Assembly (NCBI GenBank): GCA_002104905.1
Contig: MCFE01000118.1
Span: 62,001-126,000, forward strand
DNA: 64,000 nucleotides
Direction of reading: 5' to 3'
Source: Basidiobolus meristosporus CBS 931.73
Lineage: Eukaryota > Fungi > Basidiobolomycota
Position 1 is the first letter of the stretch. Each line of letters starts with the position of its first letter. Of the stretch, positions 35,571-49,416 are shown piece by piece. The translations under genes and the position numbers were made by a program. The notes under the pieces were generated by a model, which was not told where the DNA came from, did not search any database, and worked only from the letters and a program-made list of their open reading frames with translations.

Positions 35571-38500
35571 TGTTACAAGTCTTGGCATAAGAGTTGTAGA
35601 GGAATAGGGAGTTTAGCTAGTATTGTATTCACTAAAACTTGAACTGATTTTTACGGAGGTTCCAGCAGCTCCTTATATACATTTTGCCAGATCAATTGCT
35701 GACTAACTGTATTTCCTAATGTAGGTTGTGGCTGATGACTCATTTGATTGCATCATCATCACCCAATAAGATCTTACTCAATATATCTATTTCTGTCTGA
35801 TAAGGATCTGCTGATTCATTTGCTGACTAATGCTACTGATTTGATAGATACTACTGATGTACTGATAACCTAAACATATACTAATTGATTTGACTAAATA
35901 CTGATCTAACTTAAACATTCAAGTGGCAGATCATAACATTCTCCCCTACTAAAGTTGAGAGGGTTCTCCTATATCTCTTTTCTTGTGATACCAATATCTT
36001 GATGGTTCAGTATTATCAGCAAGTCTTGCAAGCTGGAGTCTGTCCCTATGCACTAAGTCTTCCTGGATATTACCTTGTTTGTCCACCAATAGGTAAGTTG
36101 CAAATGGACATTCTCTGATGATCTTAAATGGTCTTGTCCATTGTGGCTCAAACTTCTTCTGAGTGTTGTTTCTCAGTAATACAAAGTTCCCAACTGTCAA
36201 TGCTTTTGGTGCTATAGTCTTATCAAATCATCTTTTCTGCACTTTGAGATACTTTGGTCTGTGCCTCTTGACGTCTTTGTTCCAGTTGCTGGTGTCTACT
36301 TGGCTGACTAAGTTTGTCTTCTAAGGCATCTGTAAGCTTGGGTTGTGTGAGATCTCCTGGAATCCTTGGTTCACATCCATACACTAAGTAAAATGGTGAT
36401 TGCTGGGTGGCGTTGTGTACTCTGACTCTGCATGCAAAGAGTGCTTGGTCTATATACTCATCCCATCTACTGACAACTCCATTTGAATACTTGGTCTGCA
36501 TTTTTCCAAATAATCCATTAAACCGCTCTGTGACTCCGTTAGTTCTGGGGTGATATGCTGAGGTTTTCAAGTGTCGGATCTGCTGCATTTCCAGGTACAC
36601 CTCTAATGTCTTTGCCATAAAGTTTGCTCCTTGATCAGATAAGATCTCCACAGGGCATCCAAACTTCATCAGGATCTCATGGTAAATGAAACTTGCAACT
36701 TCTTGTTCACTGGCTATTGTTACAGCTTTAGCAACTGGCCATTTAGTGGCATGGTCAATTGCTACTATGATCCAATGGTTTCATTTCCTGGTAGTTGGCA
36801 GTCTTCCAATAAGTCAATTCCCCATCTCTCAAATGGTCTTACAGGCTCCAAAGGGAAGAGTTTGGCAATTCTTTGTGGCTGGCATTCATTGATTTGGCAG
36901 TTTGGGCATGTTTTTACTAGCTTCTCAGTATCTTGTTTCATTCTGGGCCACCATGCTCTGGCTTTCACAAGGCCATAGGTTCCTTCAATCCCTAGATGTC
37001 CATATCCATTGTGTAGCTTATATATTAAATCCAGGCAAGCAACATAAGGACAATAGGCAATAGGGCTTCCATCAACAATTTGGTAGAGTGTTTCATCCTG
37101 TACTACAAATTTGCTGGCTTCATCACAAATTATCTTCTTGATATCTTCATCCACCTCATTAGGAATGGCTTGGTCCTCCAAGTACTTTGGTAATAGGCTA
37201 GGCCAATCTGATTCATGCACCAGGTTGAGTTGTGCAACTTGATCTAATCTTGGTAAGGCATCAGCAACTGTGTTGTTTTTTCCAGGGCAGTAGACAATCT
37301 CCAGGTCAAATTGCTGAATGTATTCACTCCATCTTGTCATTCTTCTAGAGAGTACCTTCTGAGTAAATATGTACTTGAGGGAGGCATGATCAGTCTTCAC
37401 AGTGCATTTGACTCCTTCAATGTAGCATCTCCATGTCTTCAAACAGTGTATTATAGCAAGCATCTCCTTCTCATGGACTGGATAGTTTTGTTCTGCTGAG
37501 TTCAGTTTCTTGGATTCAAAGGCAACAGGGTAGTCCTTTCCCTTGTGTTCTTGGCTCAGCACTCCACCAATTGCATAATCTGAAGCATCTGTGCACAGAG
37601 TGAACTCTTTTCTGAAGTCTGGTATTCTTAAGCTTGGCAGCTAAGCAAGTTCATTCTTGAGTGTCTGGAAGGCAGTCTCACTAGCTATGTCACACTTGTA
37701 GGTATTGTCTTTCTTGAGGATATCAGTTAAAGAGGCTGCAATACTTGCAAACAACTTGGCAAATCTCCAATAATAGGACACCATTCCAAGGAATGATCTG
37801 AGCTCTGATATGCTATGGGGCTGTTTCAGATTCTTGATTACTTCCACCTTCTTGGGGTCTAAGGTTACTCCAGTGCTAGTCACTATGTGTCCCAGATATT
37901 CATCATGTTCCTTGAAGAACTCACACTTGGGTAGCTTGTCATAAAGCTTGTTCTCTGTTAACTTCTTCAAGACCTTTTCAATGTGCACTAAGTGATCCTC
38001 TTCTGTCTAGCTGTATATAAGTATATCATCTAGGTAGATTATGACAAACTTGTCTAAGTACTCCTGCAAGACAGTGTGCATCAGGGTCATGAGAGTTGCA
38101 GGGGCATTGGTGAGGCCAAAACTCATGACTAAGTACTTGTAATATCCATATCTAGTCCTGCATGCTGTCTTAGGGATGTCTTCTAGCTTCACCCTAATCT
38201 GGTTGTATTCTGAAATGAGGTCAATCTTGCTGAAAATAGTGGCTCCATTAAGTTGGTCCAAAGGCTCATCAATCCAAGGTATGGGGTACTTATTCTCAAC
38301 AGTAACTGAGTATAGGGCTCTGTAATCAATACACATCCTAAGTGTTCCATCTTTCTTTTTCACAGAAAGCACTGGTGCTCCCCAAGGTGACTTGCTGGGT
38401 CTGATGTATCCTTGCTCCAATAGCTGATCAATTTGTCTCTTCATTTCCTCCAATTCCAATGGACTCATTCTGTAAGGTGTCTTGCTCACTGGAGGGCTAT

Positions 38501-40497
38501 CTCCTGTGTCAATGGCATGATCCACATCTCTGACTGGTGGTAAGCTTACAAGCTCATCTGGAAACATGTCTGAATATTTCTTCAAGAGAGTCTGGACCTG
38601 CTGGGGTGCTGGAGTAGCGGAATCCTCCTGTAATACTGCCATGAGGAACATCTCAGTACCTTATTTAAGCGCTCTACAGAACTGGGTCTTGCTAAGTTCA
38701 CTTGTCTCACACACACTGAAATTGACCAAGTTGAAATCCAGCCTGGCAGGTAATAGCTCATAGGTCTTGTTGTCCTTTTGGATCTGAGTAGCATGAGTTC
38801 TCCAGTTGATTGATGGATTACAACAAAATAGCCAGGTTTTTCCAAGTACAAGGTCAAACTTGCAGTTCCCAAATATATAAGCCTGTAGGTCTTCTTCATC
38901 GTCATTGATCTTCATTCTTACTGGCTGGGTAATATGGTTGATTATGTGGCAGTTCCCATCAGCTGTGGAGACTGAAGTTGATTTGGTAGGTTCTGAGTTG
39001 TTCCAGCTTTCAAGGCAAATTGCTCTGACATGTACTCATGTGATGCACCAGAGTCAATCATGATTTTGGCAGGTACTCCATTCATTACTCCATTTAAGTA
39101 CAATAACTTTCCTGAGTTTGAGGTCATTTGGGACAAGTACTCTTCTGTCATATGCAAGGTGAGTTCCAAGTCTTCTTCAAGCTCATCTTCCACATTACTG
39201 TGTTCATGGGACTCAATATGGTTGAAGGTTCTTGTTGGCTGGTATCCATTTCTTCTGTGAGGGCAGTACTTTGCAATATGTCCTTGCTGGTGGCAATTGA
39301 AGCAAAGTCCTTTCTTCTTATATTCTTCTGAGGTAGGATTCTTCTGCATAGTGTCTATTTCCAATGGCACTGCTTCTGACTGTCTTTTTTCATAGTGATT
39401 GTAGCCTTTCTGATTAGTCACTGTAGGCTTACAACTCCAAACATAGCTGAGTCATAGTCAATTGCAATCTTGATGACTTCTTCTATAGTCTGAGGTCTGC
39501 AATAATTCACTTCCTTGCAAGTTGTTTCTTTCTACCCATCAATAAAGTATTCAACTTGATCCAGGGGGTCCATTCCTTCAATTTGTCCAAGTAGACATCT
39601 GTACTCATAGTTGTATTCCTGAACCATTCCTTTCTGTCTGAGTGTCTTTAACTTCCTTCTTAGTAGTGTCTGCTGGTGTGGAGGTTCAAAAGCATCCTGA
39701 ATTTCCTACACAAACTCATCCCAGGTAGAGATTGTGAAGCACCCCATCATAGTGGCTGACCTGATCTTGTTGTGATACCACTGTAAAGCTGCATCTGCCA
39801 GGTAAGAAGCTGCATAATGTAACTTGCTTTCTGGAGCAATTCCTTTAGCTTTGAAAGCTTCTTCAATCTGAAAGAGCCAAGTTCCCAGGTTTTCAATGAC
39901 TCTGCCATGGTACCAGTTGACCTTCACACTAAGGTTGCTCTTAACAGGGCTTTGCTGGTTCTGAGCCATTGTAGTCATTCCTTGTTCCTGTTGACTGAGG
40001 ATCTGGAGTAACTGTAGCTGTTGGGCCAGGATTTGCTGCATAGCATTCTTCCATTCTTGATTGTCTGACATCTTGAGGGTGTTTTCTTCTTTCTTCAGGA
40101 GGGAGGTTTCTGGTTATTGCTGCTATCAATGCTACAAGTCTTGGTATAAGAGTTGTAGCGGAATAGGGAGTTTAGCTAGTATTGTATTCAATAAAACTTG
40201 AATTGATTTTTATGGAGGTTTCAGCAGCTCCTTATACACATTTTGCCAGATCAATTGCTGACTAACTGTATTTCCTAATGTAGGTTGTGGCTGATGACTC
40301 ATTTGATTGCATCATCATCACCCAATAAGATCTTACTCAGTGTATCTATTTCTGTCTGATAAGGATCTGCTGATTCATTTGCTGACTAATGCTACTGATT
40401 TCATAGATAATACTGATATACTGATAACCTAAACATATACTAACTGATTTGACTAAAAACTGATCTAACTTAAACATTCAAGCGGCAGATCATAACA
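35571..40497 (-). mobile_element. Ty3/gypsy family C copy 2, full length (4927 bp), 4-bp TSD TATA/CATA
   Basis: LTRs at 35571-35938 and 40130-40497 (368 bp, ~16 differences). PPT AGTAGGGGAGAA. Removing the element plus 4 bp restores the host copia frame 'W-S-M-D-L-T-D-R-H-S-T-T-G-Y'. The gag-pol is frameshifted and no chromodomain or env is evident. Confidence 0.95.
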
Positions 40498-41769
40498 CAT
40501 ACTCCATTCTGAATTGCTACAACCCTCTAATATTTGTTTATCAGCTCAAATGCAAGTCATTGTCCATGAGGGTAGCTGCAGGCTTGCAATTTTCTATTCT
40601 GAAGCATCTAAGAATGTCCCATATGTACTTAGACTAGTTCAGCACAATTTTCTGCCTAGATATGTCAAATATGACTTCAATTCCAAGAAAATAGCTCAAT
40701 TTTCCATGATCTTCCATCTTAAACTTGCTGATGATATCTGACTTTGTCTGTTTAGGTACCTCCATGTCACTGGTAGCTATTATTTGAACATCCATATACA
40801 GAACTAGAACGGTCACACCCTCTTTGAGCTGTCTCACATAAATTCTGAGATATACAGTGCTACAAATGACCTCAATTGCCTCTAGATATTTGTCAATTGT
40901 GTTATTCCATGTGCTAGGTGCCTGCTTAAGCCCATATAACTATTTCCTAAGTCTGCACACCTGATGGGGGCCTTTTGGATGAGTAAAACCTTCTGGTTGC
41001 TCCATATACATGTATTCTTGCAGAGTCTCATTTAGAGAGGCTGTTTTGATGTCCTTTTTGTGTAGATCTGGACTAAGTACAGCTGCCAGGGCTAAAACTG
41101 CTCTAATGGAGTCCAACTTGGCAACTGGCGCAAATATTTCCTCAAAGTCTAGGTCCTGGTTCTGGGAATAGCCTTTAGCTGCCAATCCAGCTTTGCACTT
41201 ATGAAAGGTATTGTTTGAGGTTATCTTGTTCAAATAGACCCATCTACATACTATTAGCTTTCACCCATTTGGTAAATCTACTGGTTACCATGTTTTTGCC
41301 ATAATCAGTGATTGGTACTCCTCCTACAAGGCTTGATGCCTCATAGTAGCATCTGGGCTTTGCATTGCATGTTACAGCTTGTGAGGTTTGGCACATAAGA
41401 CAAGTTAAGCTTCTTCATGATCATTGAATGTCTGCCACCCCTATGAAGTATTATTGGGATGATCCCATCAAGAGGCCGCCACAAAGTGAAAGTCCTGTGA
41501 CTAAGAGTTACTGATCTTGTTAAGACACTGTCAAGAGACTGAGCAAAAATAATTGCACCCCAGGTTTGACAAAAAACTTAGTCAAAATTTCTCATCACAA
41601 CAATGTATAAGTGGCTTTGTATTGGTTCCCTTCCAATTTGCTCACTTTCTGATCCTGGACACTCTATTGCCTCCTATGTTTGCGTGAATTGATTAGCCAT
41701 TGCCTCTTTTTCACACTCCTTACTTCCTGATTGAACCATTCCTCTTACTTTTCATGTGTACAAATTGAT

Positions 41770-44297
41770 TTATTTCTGTTGAAACTTCAGTTGTACCTCA
41801 ATTGCCAATTGTATTGACCTATTCAAGTCCCTATACCCAACACTAACATTAAGCTCAACCTCACACTCAACAAGTAACTCCATTAAAATCCACCACTCAA
41901 TAAGTATTTCTGCTGTAATGCTCTGGTTCCACCACTTTGGTGGGAACCCAATGGCTTAATTCCACTGTTCATTCACTGGTTCTCACACATCCTGGTCTTC
42001 AGCAGGTACTGCAAGGTCTAGCACCTCATCTGCCAGTCTTTACAATAGACTTGTTCCGTCAGATAGTGCCACATTGAGCCATGAGTGCCAAATGATGCCA
42101 TAGTGAGCCAGAGAGGCCAAGTGAGCCTCTACCTGGCCACAGAGTGTGAAACATAGCTCTGCATCCTCATGCAAAGCAGCCCCTGTGTTTCACCTATTGT
42201 GTTGGAGAAAATCCATTTTTTGACCTTTTTTTTTGGATCAATGTTATGCAGGATGTGTTAGAGCACAAGCAGATTGAAGATATGCATCTGGTTCTCAATA
42301 CCCATGGCACTCTGAATCTAGCTCCTGTAGCTTGTATCATGTTACAAAAATGAATGGCACTATCTTGGTCCACTGGTACTATCTGGCACTATAAGTGCTT
42401 TGTATAGATCTTACTTTAGGTCTAATATTTAAATATAGTGCCAGAAAGTACCAGTGGACCAAGATAGTGCCATTCATTTTTGTAACATGATACAAGCTAC
42501 AGGAGCTAGATTCAGAGTGCCATGGGTATTGAGTACCAGACGCATATCTTCAGTTCTCCTGTGCTCTTACACATCCTGAGCTACATTGATCCACAAAAAA
42601 AGGTCAAAAAATGGATTTTCTCCTGCGCAATGGGTGAAACACAGGGGCTGCTTTACATGAAGATGCAGAGCTATGTTTCACACTCTGTGGCCCAGCATAG
42701 GCTCACTTTACCTCTCTGGCACACTATGGCATCATTTGGCACTCATGGCTCAATGTGGCACTATCCAACAGAACAAGTCTAATAAATCCTTGCAATATTC
42801 CAATGCATTTTCTTGAGCATTGCTCTTGAAGAAGTGCTGCAACCTCTTGGTGTGCCTATTGATGTTCCAAAACTCCACTGAAGGCATTGTGATAGTCTTT
42901 TAAGTTCTTGACATTGTAGCCTGTCTGTCAGTGGGATCTCCACTCTTTCAACAATGGAGGCTGTGGATGCTGTGGCAGACAAATTGCTTTTTTCAGCAAG
43001 CTCATCTACCTTGCTGGAGTGTAGATCAACTGGCTGCGCTATCAACTCTTGTGAAAACAGCTGTTTTCTTGTTGGTAATTCTTCTTGGCTATGATGGGAT
43101 TCGGATTGCTCCTGGCTTGTGGCATTATTTGGCAAGAACTGCAGCTTTTCTTGCATGCCTCCCTGTCTCAGGCTTGGGTAGATATTTTTCCCTTTACCTT
43201 TTCCTTTATTACTGCCAGGTCCTTCACGGCTACTCTGACTGAGTGCTTCCTGGGTGTTACAACACTTTTTCCTTAATAAACATTGTGCTGGTGTACCCAT
43301 GTTAGCCTGCTTGTCCCTGATTGTCACTCTTCCAGCAACCTGATGTCTTTTGATGCTTGTCTGGAGCTTTTGGCCCTGCTTGTAATGGGCTCTTGAGGAA
43401 GCTGCTGGTTGTTAGCCATGCTACCCTTGTTCTTCTGCCTTTGATAGTTTCTGCTATTCTTGAGATACTTTCTTAGCATACCAATGCTGGCCCAAAATCT
43501 GTTTGCCTGTTTGAATCCAGGATAATGTTTATGGAACAAGTCAAGTGCATTCTGCTTGGCCTTGAGTTCCTGATGGTCCCCTAGTATGCCAGCCTTAAGG
43601 TGATGGCATGCTAGACTTCTGACAGCCTCTTATATATTAGCCTACTCTTCATCATTGCACTCAATGGCTACACGGTTCTTCAACGTCTTTTGATATTTAG
43701 GCTTTAGTATTCACACCACATTGTCTCCCTCCCCCACTGCAATAGGTTTTTCTGTGGGTTTTATCTTTAGGCTCTGCTGTTGAGCTTCAAAGATTATACA
43801 GTGTTCCTCTACTGTTACATTAGGAAATGGCTCAACTCCTGGCTGTGACATTGAGCTACTTGAGTTCCTTCTTTGCAGCAAAGATACTGCTTTCTCTATC
43901 TAGTATATTGATTGATCTACAAGTATTATCCACTCATCCTGTTTCTGGACTATTTCCTGATTTCTCTGGGCTATTGCATCTATCCTATCAGCCACTGCAC
44001 CTAATTGCTTCATTAATGCTCTGGTATGAGCTGACAACATACTTGCTAATATGGATGGTGGTGATGTTATCATGGCCACTTGCTGATCTTCAACTGAGGG
44101 TACTGTGTTTGCTACATTCTCATCTACCTGAGCATAATGGTCAGCTTGTGGCTTGCAGAGGTTCTCAATTGCCTACTTGTCTGAGAGCCTGAGGAGTCTG
44201 CATTATTACCTTCAATGGGCACACTATCCACAGGGTATTTTTTGGATATAGCCCTGCTTTTTGCACTGAATTTTAGAGCAAGCTGTTGTCCAACCAT
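41770..44297 (-). pseudogene. CMC accessory ORF2 (unknown function), interrupted by the MITE
   Basis: Manual translation from ATG 44297 gives a coiled-coil-like stretch ('ALMKQLGAVADRIDAIAQRNQEIVQKQDE') and 'LFHKHYPGFKQANRFWASIGMLRKYLKNSRNYQR'. It is broken by stops and frameshifts. Homologous segments occur at 12815-14000, 17300-18550 and 21600-22050. The 3' end and any introns are uncertain. Confidence 0.65.
42047..42780. mobile_element. 734-bp foldback MITE with PHIS TIRs, 3-bp TSD AAT
   Basis: 347-bp inverted arms (42047-42393 and 42434-42780) around a 40-nt loop. Ends AGACTTGTTC...GAACAAGTCT. AAT on both sides. The uninterrupted host site is seen at ~18305-18330. Confidence 0.95.
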
Positions 44298-44587
44298 TCT
44301 TCTGTTGCTGTCAGTGGTGGGATTTGGCTGAGAACAGACAACTTTGCTTTATTTTTTGGCGGCATATATATGGAAGTGAGTCAAACCAAAGGGGATATAG
44401 TGTTACATATATGTGTGTATGTGGTGCCACAACTTTATTTATAATGCTTACTATGGTGGTTCATCATTGAATCTTACATTCATGTAGGTGCAATGTCTCA
44501 AATACAAGACTGTTTTAAGTTCACATGAGTATTGACCAAAAAGTGATATAATAGCATTATGTTGTTGAAGGTCAAACTGTTTGCCCC

Positions 44588-47500
44588 ATGGACAAGACTA
44601 CTTTGACTCAACACTGCAAGAGGAGAGAAAAAAGGCCATGTGGCTATTGTGGCAAGCCTCTTGGCCATGAAGCACACAGACAGCATAGGAAGTATTACAA
44701 GGATCACAGCCAGTATTTTGCCGCACAGTCATATTTGACCATTCATTGGTCACTACTGCACCAACATTATCTTGCCAGCCAGTTGATACTTCTATATTGG
44801 GACCTGGCCATCTTTGTCATATTGTGCAAACTGAGTCAGGTGAGTTTGTGACACCTTTAGGCTCACCTCAGCCTTCTGAATATGGCACGCAGAGTGATAG
44901 CTCTGACATAGAAGGTTCACTAAAGGATTTTGGGCCTCTCTCCCCTAACAGCTGTACCACATATGAGCCTGATCAAATCCCTATAAACAATGAGACAACA
45001 CCTGTTGAGACAAATGCCAAGGATACTTTATGGAGCCAAGTAAGCGCAGTAATCCATCTGCTGGTGAATGATGCGATGTTGTGGCTAGAGAAGTGGCGTG
45101 TTTCCACTAATATCAGTAATGGGGGCTTTGCGGATTAATTACTACTTCTTGCCAAAATCATACTGGGATGCAAGTTACTATGTAAATGGTAAAGTGGACA
45201 ATAGTCATGTGGCTGGCAACATATGATCCAGAGACTGTCCTGATTCCAGCATTTGTTAACAGTTGCATGGCATTCACATCCAAAATTGCTACCATTGCAA
45301 CATGTCCAAATTGTCAGGAATCCACCACCACTGAGGGTAACATTGTTCACACTCCGGATATATTTTGGTCATACCCTACCCAAGGAAGCTCATGGAGTCC
45401 AACAGATATTGCAAAGCTATACAGTACCGCACTCAGTATCAATCAAGCGCAAGCATATCCAATGTATTTGATGGCAAACATTACAAACAGCTAAGAAGCA
45501 AGGGCTACTTTGCAGGTATGTATGACCATGACTTTGCTTTAGCACTTGATGGATTCTCATTAAGCAAGTACTCTACCAGCAAATCCTGCTAGCCACTGAT
45601 TCTCATCAATTGGAATCTGCCGCCCATCTTATGGTATCAGAGCAATAATCTGATGGTAGTCTCACTGGTATCTAGGCCTAAAGCACTGTCTAACCTGGAT
45701 AGCTTCCTGTATACATAGCTGGATGAATTTTGTATGCTTTCCAGGGGGATAACGGTAGGTTGCCATCATGTAAAAGTGCATTTTATTATCTGCATAGGAG
45801 ATACCCCAGCTATCAGCAAGATAGCCGGTTTTTCTGGGTACAATGGACAGTATTGCTGTTAAATATGTGAAATCCAGAGGAATTACTCTATAACTCACAT
45901 ACATTATTATTACCCAAGAACCAGCACTAAGAACATCATCTTTCCACAGAGAGAATGTACCAAAGTAAGAATACAAATGCAGCAGAGTTAACAAGCTATA
46001 TGCCATTGGCCAGAATATGGAATCAATTGGAAACTTGAGATACTTCAGATAGAAGGTATATGTTGGAGCAAAAGCTTTCCACTGGGAGCAATGCATTTGC
46101 TTTTCAACAATATCCCTATACTGATGATCAAGTTGTAAATGGGGGATATCAAGCTCAATGAGCCCTTTGAGATACCGGAGAAATTTGAAAGAATTGGGAA
46201 GATATTACAAAGTATCTGCTTCCCTAAGTACTTCACATGGGCTCCAATTAATATTCATACACATATTCAACAATACAAATGCAAAGACTGAATGAACTGG
46301 ATATGTATTTATTTAAGTGGTGTTCTGAAGCCATTCCCACCAAGAGTACATTGGAAGCATTGGGAGTCATATGTGGACATTGTAGGAATAATTATCCCAA
46401 AGCGGATCACCAATGCCAACTTGATGCATCTACAGCTGTTGTGTGCGGAGTTTGTAACAGGATTTGAGCGGCTATACTACAAACATAAAGCTGAATGTGT
46501 AGATCCTTGCCTCTACTGCATCCATGCTCTACACCATCTTGCACGGTGTGTGGAGAATATTGGGCCTTGCTTCACCTTTTGGGAGTTTCCTAAGGAGTGG
46601 ATGTGTGGGGAGATAGGAAGATAAGTCAAGTTGCAGGTACTACCATATCCCAATCTCATCAAGAATATTACCTTCAAGTCTGTCATGGATGTGATGAGTT
46701 GGCACATGGAGGACAGCCAGAAAGAGTTGGAAAATACTGAGGACAAATGTGCACATGGAGACACCTATGCCTATGGCATTAAGAAACTAAGCAGCCCCAA
46801 TGAGTGGGAAATCAATTAGGTAATGCAAAGTTGGGTTGGGTGCAACAAGCAACTAATTTTATCAGGAAAACTCCACCAAGATATGCCAAATTTCTTGTGA
46901 TCACAAGCAAACTTCTACACCATTCAATATGGAACTCACACAAAAAAAAGTCAGAGCGCACCAATAAGGGGAACTAGAATCCAGCAGGGAGAAGGAATAT
47001 ATTGGCTAAATACCAAGAAGTTCTTTGCAAATATTCAGGAGGTATTCATGGCAGAAGTGGTAACAACCAAGCATATGCTTGCAAGATGTATATGTTACCA
47101 GCAGTACAAGGTATATGGCAACTTTGTAAGTATCACACTAAAAAGCTGTAAAGTTGAGGTGATAGATGTCAATTGCGCCAGGTGTGCATGCTTGTAGAGG
47201 TTAGTATGCAGGAGGCCATAGTTTTTTTTGATTCAAACTATATGTGGAATACCCAAGGTAGTAGTGGGTAAGCAAATAAAGAAAGGGGATTCTACAGTGG
47301 AATATATGAATTGCACAAGGGGAGGTAGAAAAAGAAAATACCATTTGGTAAATTGGTATGGTAGCATTATACAGAGCCAGTGGTAGGCTGTCATACTGCC
47401 AATATAATGCCATCAGAGTCTTGCTGTGAGGCTGTCAAAAGACCGTCAAGTTTCTTGCCATATAAGGCAATTGGATGTCCTGGCCAACTATATTTACTTA
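44588..47500 (+). pseudogene. CMC transposase (Transposase_21/tnp2-like)
   Basis: N-terminal 'CGYCGKPLGHEAHRQH'; 'NVFDGKHYKQL...FALALDGFSLSK'; 'PLILINWNLPP'; 'LDSFL'; 'IHALHHLARCVENIGPCFTFWEFPKEWMCGEI'. It has multiple stops and frameshifts, and the 3' end is approximate. Confidence 0.88.
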
Positions 47501-49416
47501 AAATAGTTATAGAGCACTAAAAGACCACAGCAATACCATGCAAATGTTGATACAGCACCAATGAAATATTGTCAAGTTTTATCCCTTTATTTGGCTGTAA
47601 AATTAGCAAAACACTGTCATGATTTTGTTTTAAGATTGTTAGGAGGGTCACTAATTCCAAGCTGCTGTTATTATGACTGTCTCTAAGCAGGATCTTGATG
47701 GCTGATCTAGATTGGATCTACCCACAGGACCAAATTATTTTCATAGGGCACCCAGAGCCAGGGGCATTTCTTAATCTGGTGGATCTCCTAACTAGATAAT
47801 TTGCTCTGATCTGGAAATGGTAAAATTATCTTCCATTTCTGGCTGAGTTAGGTATGGATCTTCATTGAAAGTGTTGATTGCATCCTCAGGCTGCTGGCCA
47901 ATGATTTCAATGACTTTCTGATCTGTATTCTCCTCAAATACAATATCCCTGCCCTTGATCAGCTTCTGAATCTTGCCATCATACACACCATACTCTTTAG
48001 TATCCTCACAATACTTAAAAAAGATCCCTTTTCTACTCAAAGGTTCCAGTTTTGAGAGTTTTTTGTCAGGAATGTGATAAAAATATCATTGCCAAAAATC
48101 CAAGGTGCTGGAGGTCTGGTTTCTTGCCTGTATATGTCTCCCAGTTAGGTTTATTAGTTTCAGTAATGTTGACATACTCAGGTACAACAAACCTGTAGTG
48201 AAACTTGTACATATTGTGATATCTAACTCCCAAAGCCAAATTTTGATCATTTGCACTCAATACTGAGCAGCTCAGCTTAGTAAAAGCCAATTTCAGTCCC
48301 TGAGTAGTTGCTTTACTGACTGAGAGTAGGTTCTCAGCTATTCCTGGCACCTAGAGTATGTCATTTAGTTTTGCTGTTGTTGCCCCTGAGATATCACTCA
48401 TATTTAACTGTGTAGACCCACTGGCAGTAGCTACCAGTGCAGAGTTGTCTCCCAGATAAACCTTTCTTATAGGAATTTTCTTTTAGTTGCTGGGCCACTC
48501 TGTTATGCTGCAAGTGTACTGTGATGCTCCAGAGTCATATACCATTCATTACTCTGGTTACTTGCACTCTCTGGTGCAGTTACAAATAACTGTTCATCAG
48601 TAGTTATATGATTAGCCTGTTCTAGTTTCTGTTTTTTTTCTGCTTGTTTCTTCTTGCATTCTCTTGCCCAGTGTGCTGGCTCCATACAGTACTTACAACA
48701 ACCAGGTTTTCTTTGGTTTTGTTGCTTTCCCTTCATTTCTGTGTACATTTCTGAGCTGAATTAAGAATTATCATCAATTTTCTCAGCTGAATCATTAGGC
48801 TGGAATTCTTCATGGAGTAGTCTTCCTTTGACATAGTGTAAAGTCAGATTGTCTTCTCTGCTTTCAATAGAAAGTATGAGTTGCTTGTAGTTGTCTGGTA
48901 AGCTGTAAATCACACAGAGTATCTTTTCTTCATCATCTATATCAGCATTAATACAGTAAAGCTCTTCAGCAAGTGTCTCCATTCTGATAATGAGTTGTAG
49001 CATGTCATCATCTGACTACTTTCTCATATGAAGAACTTTTACTTCAAATGAAGCTTACTTGAAGCTGACTTTGCACCAAGGATGTTCCCCAAGGATTCCC
49101 ATGCTGCTTTGACAGGATCTGAAGCATGAATCTGTCCAATGAAGGAATTTTGCACATTGATGCATATTGCATTTAAGGCTTTTCTCTCCTCCTTTTGAAA
49201 TTTCCCAACCTCTTCTGCTGTTCCTTTGTGTACAACTTCTCTTGCTGTTACTATACTTCAGAGCCTCCTTTCCTCAAGGTGGATCTGCTTCTTAGTTCTC
49301 TAAAGTCTGTAGTTCTTCCCATCATACCTCTCATTCACAGGGAAAATGTTTGTGTTATTCTGTTTGCAGGTAGATGTTGTCCTTGGAATATATTAAGGCA
49401 ATCAGGGCTTATAACC

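Larger units (their letters stand above)
41439..47748 (+). mobile_element. Full-length CMC/CACTA (EnSpm-like) DNA transposon, TIR CCCTATGAA...TTCATAGGG, 3-bp TSD CAC
   Basis: CAC at 41436-41438 and 47749-47751. The host copia B linker ('RRSTRLRNAPGSGWQTF') rejoins across it. About 5.57 kb without the MITE. Confidence 0.92.

Noticed and set aside
35939-36200. Chromodomain or env-like ORF at the gypsy C 3' end
   Set aside because: The integrase frame ends at the PPT and there is no room or motif for either.
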